DNA of 64,000 nucleotides from a virus: IMG/VR virus record IMGVR_UViG_3300028653_000010; one strand, 5' to 3'. Shown piece by piece: positions 63,483 to 64,000 of this stretch (position 1 is its first letter; each line of letters starts with the position of its first letter). The notes under the pieces were generated by a model. It saw only the letters and a program-made list of their open reading frames with translations, ran no database searches and was not told where the DNA came from. The position numbers and the translations under genes were made by a program.

Positions 63483-64000
63483 TTAATGAACTCCGGCCAT
63501 TGCGGGCCTACCCCAGAACTCTGGTTCGATTCCTAGTTCGTACATTTCATGCACCAAGACTGCTAGGTTGTGACAGAGAACCTTGGCTAGTATCTCATTC
63601 ACCTGAGCTGGGTAAAGCTTAGATCGAATCGAGCCCCCGAACTTCCGTTTGATCATCGAGAAGCTGGACTCAATGTTGCTTCGGGGGTGGTAGTGCTGCT
63701 CAAACTCTCGGCGTCGGAACCAGAACAGATGCCAGAGCTTCTGCCACTGCTCTGGACCTTGACCCTGACTGTTGCTCTTGAAGGGGATGTACGGGACCGC
63801 ACCAACATTTGCAATGGCCTCTAAGTTGGCGTGTGCAAGATAGGCCTTGTCGGCCGAAACCTCTTTCATATTGAACCGCTGAGCAGTACTATCAACTAGT
63901 CCAGCAAGTTGAGGGGAGTCACCAGAGTCACCATCGGTAATCTCGATGCTAGTTACCACGTTCGTGTTAGTTCCGATCATCGCGTGAGCTTTCACCCACT
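63483..64000 (-). mobile_element. partial IS5/IS4-superfamily (DDE_Tnp_1-type) transposase gene; its N-terminus lies beyond the right window edge
   Basis: C-terminal ...AYLAHANLEAIANVGAVPYIPFKSN...RSNIESSFSMIKRKFGGSIRSKLYPAQVNEILAKVLCHNLAVLV is typical of the C-terminal region of IS5-family transposases. Confidence 0.6.

Noticed and set aside
1-64000. Global reassignment of TAG to a sense codon (genetic code 15)
   Set aside because: Well-supported genes, for example the Thg1-like gene at 44732-44734, terminate cleanly at TAG, and read-through there would add junk. Only selective read-through in a few genes remains plausible.
1-64000. tRNA, tmRNA and rRNA genes
   Set aside because: No cloverleaf-like segments with a GTTCGAATC-type T-loop were seen in the intergenic regions. 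A proper tRNAscan was not possible.

Overview
The window is a gene-dense, phage-like or other mobile-element region of bacterial origin, with roughly 50-52% GC. It is packed with short, mostly unrecognisable genes arranged in alternating strand blocks. Many leftward (minus-strand) genes are leaderless and sit 5-10 nt downstream of one strongly conserved promoter-like motif, TTGAGA-N16-(T)CGCGCGTAATAG. Recognisable products are: a Thg1-like 3'-5' nucleotidyltransferase next to a P-loop polynucleotide-kinase-like protein; a GIY-YIG endonuclease; a Vsr/DUF559-like endonuclease; two HU/IHF-like DNA-binding proteins; a sigma-70-family (region 2 + region 4) protein; a type IV prepilin-like protein; a HExxH metalloprotease-like protein; a CheY-like receiver; and a partial IS5-family transposase at the right edge. 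The most interesting locus is a 19-repeat CRISPR array (36-nt repeats, 45167-46460) whose leader-proximal side is followed by two same-strand genes. One is a 619-aa TnpB/Cas12-like protein (RuvC-II IVGIDDM, a C-terminal CxxC...CxxC zinc ribbon, and an apparent Asp-to-Asn change in RuvC-III) and the other is a 236-aa unknown protein. Other notable signals are as follows. At least nine otherwise diverse small proteins end in a conserved RYER(D/E/P)(P/W)VI tail. Two genes carry an in-frame TAG that would need amber read-through to give a full-length product. A structured hairpin element recurs in the 5' leaders of three genes, including the Cas12-like gene. There is a 45-bp perfect palindrome, a CA-rich repeat-laden noncoding region, and several paralogous gene pairs. 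All coordinates were counted by hand and may be off by 1-2 nt. Products marked hypothetical have no recognisable similarity from sequence inspection alone.
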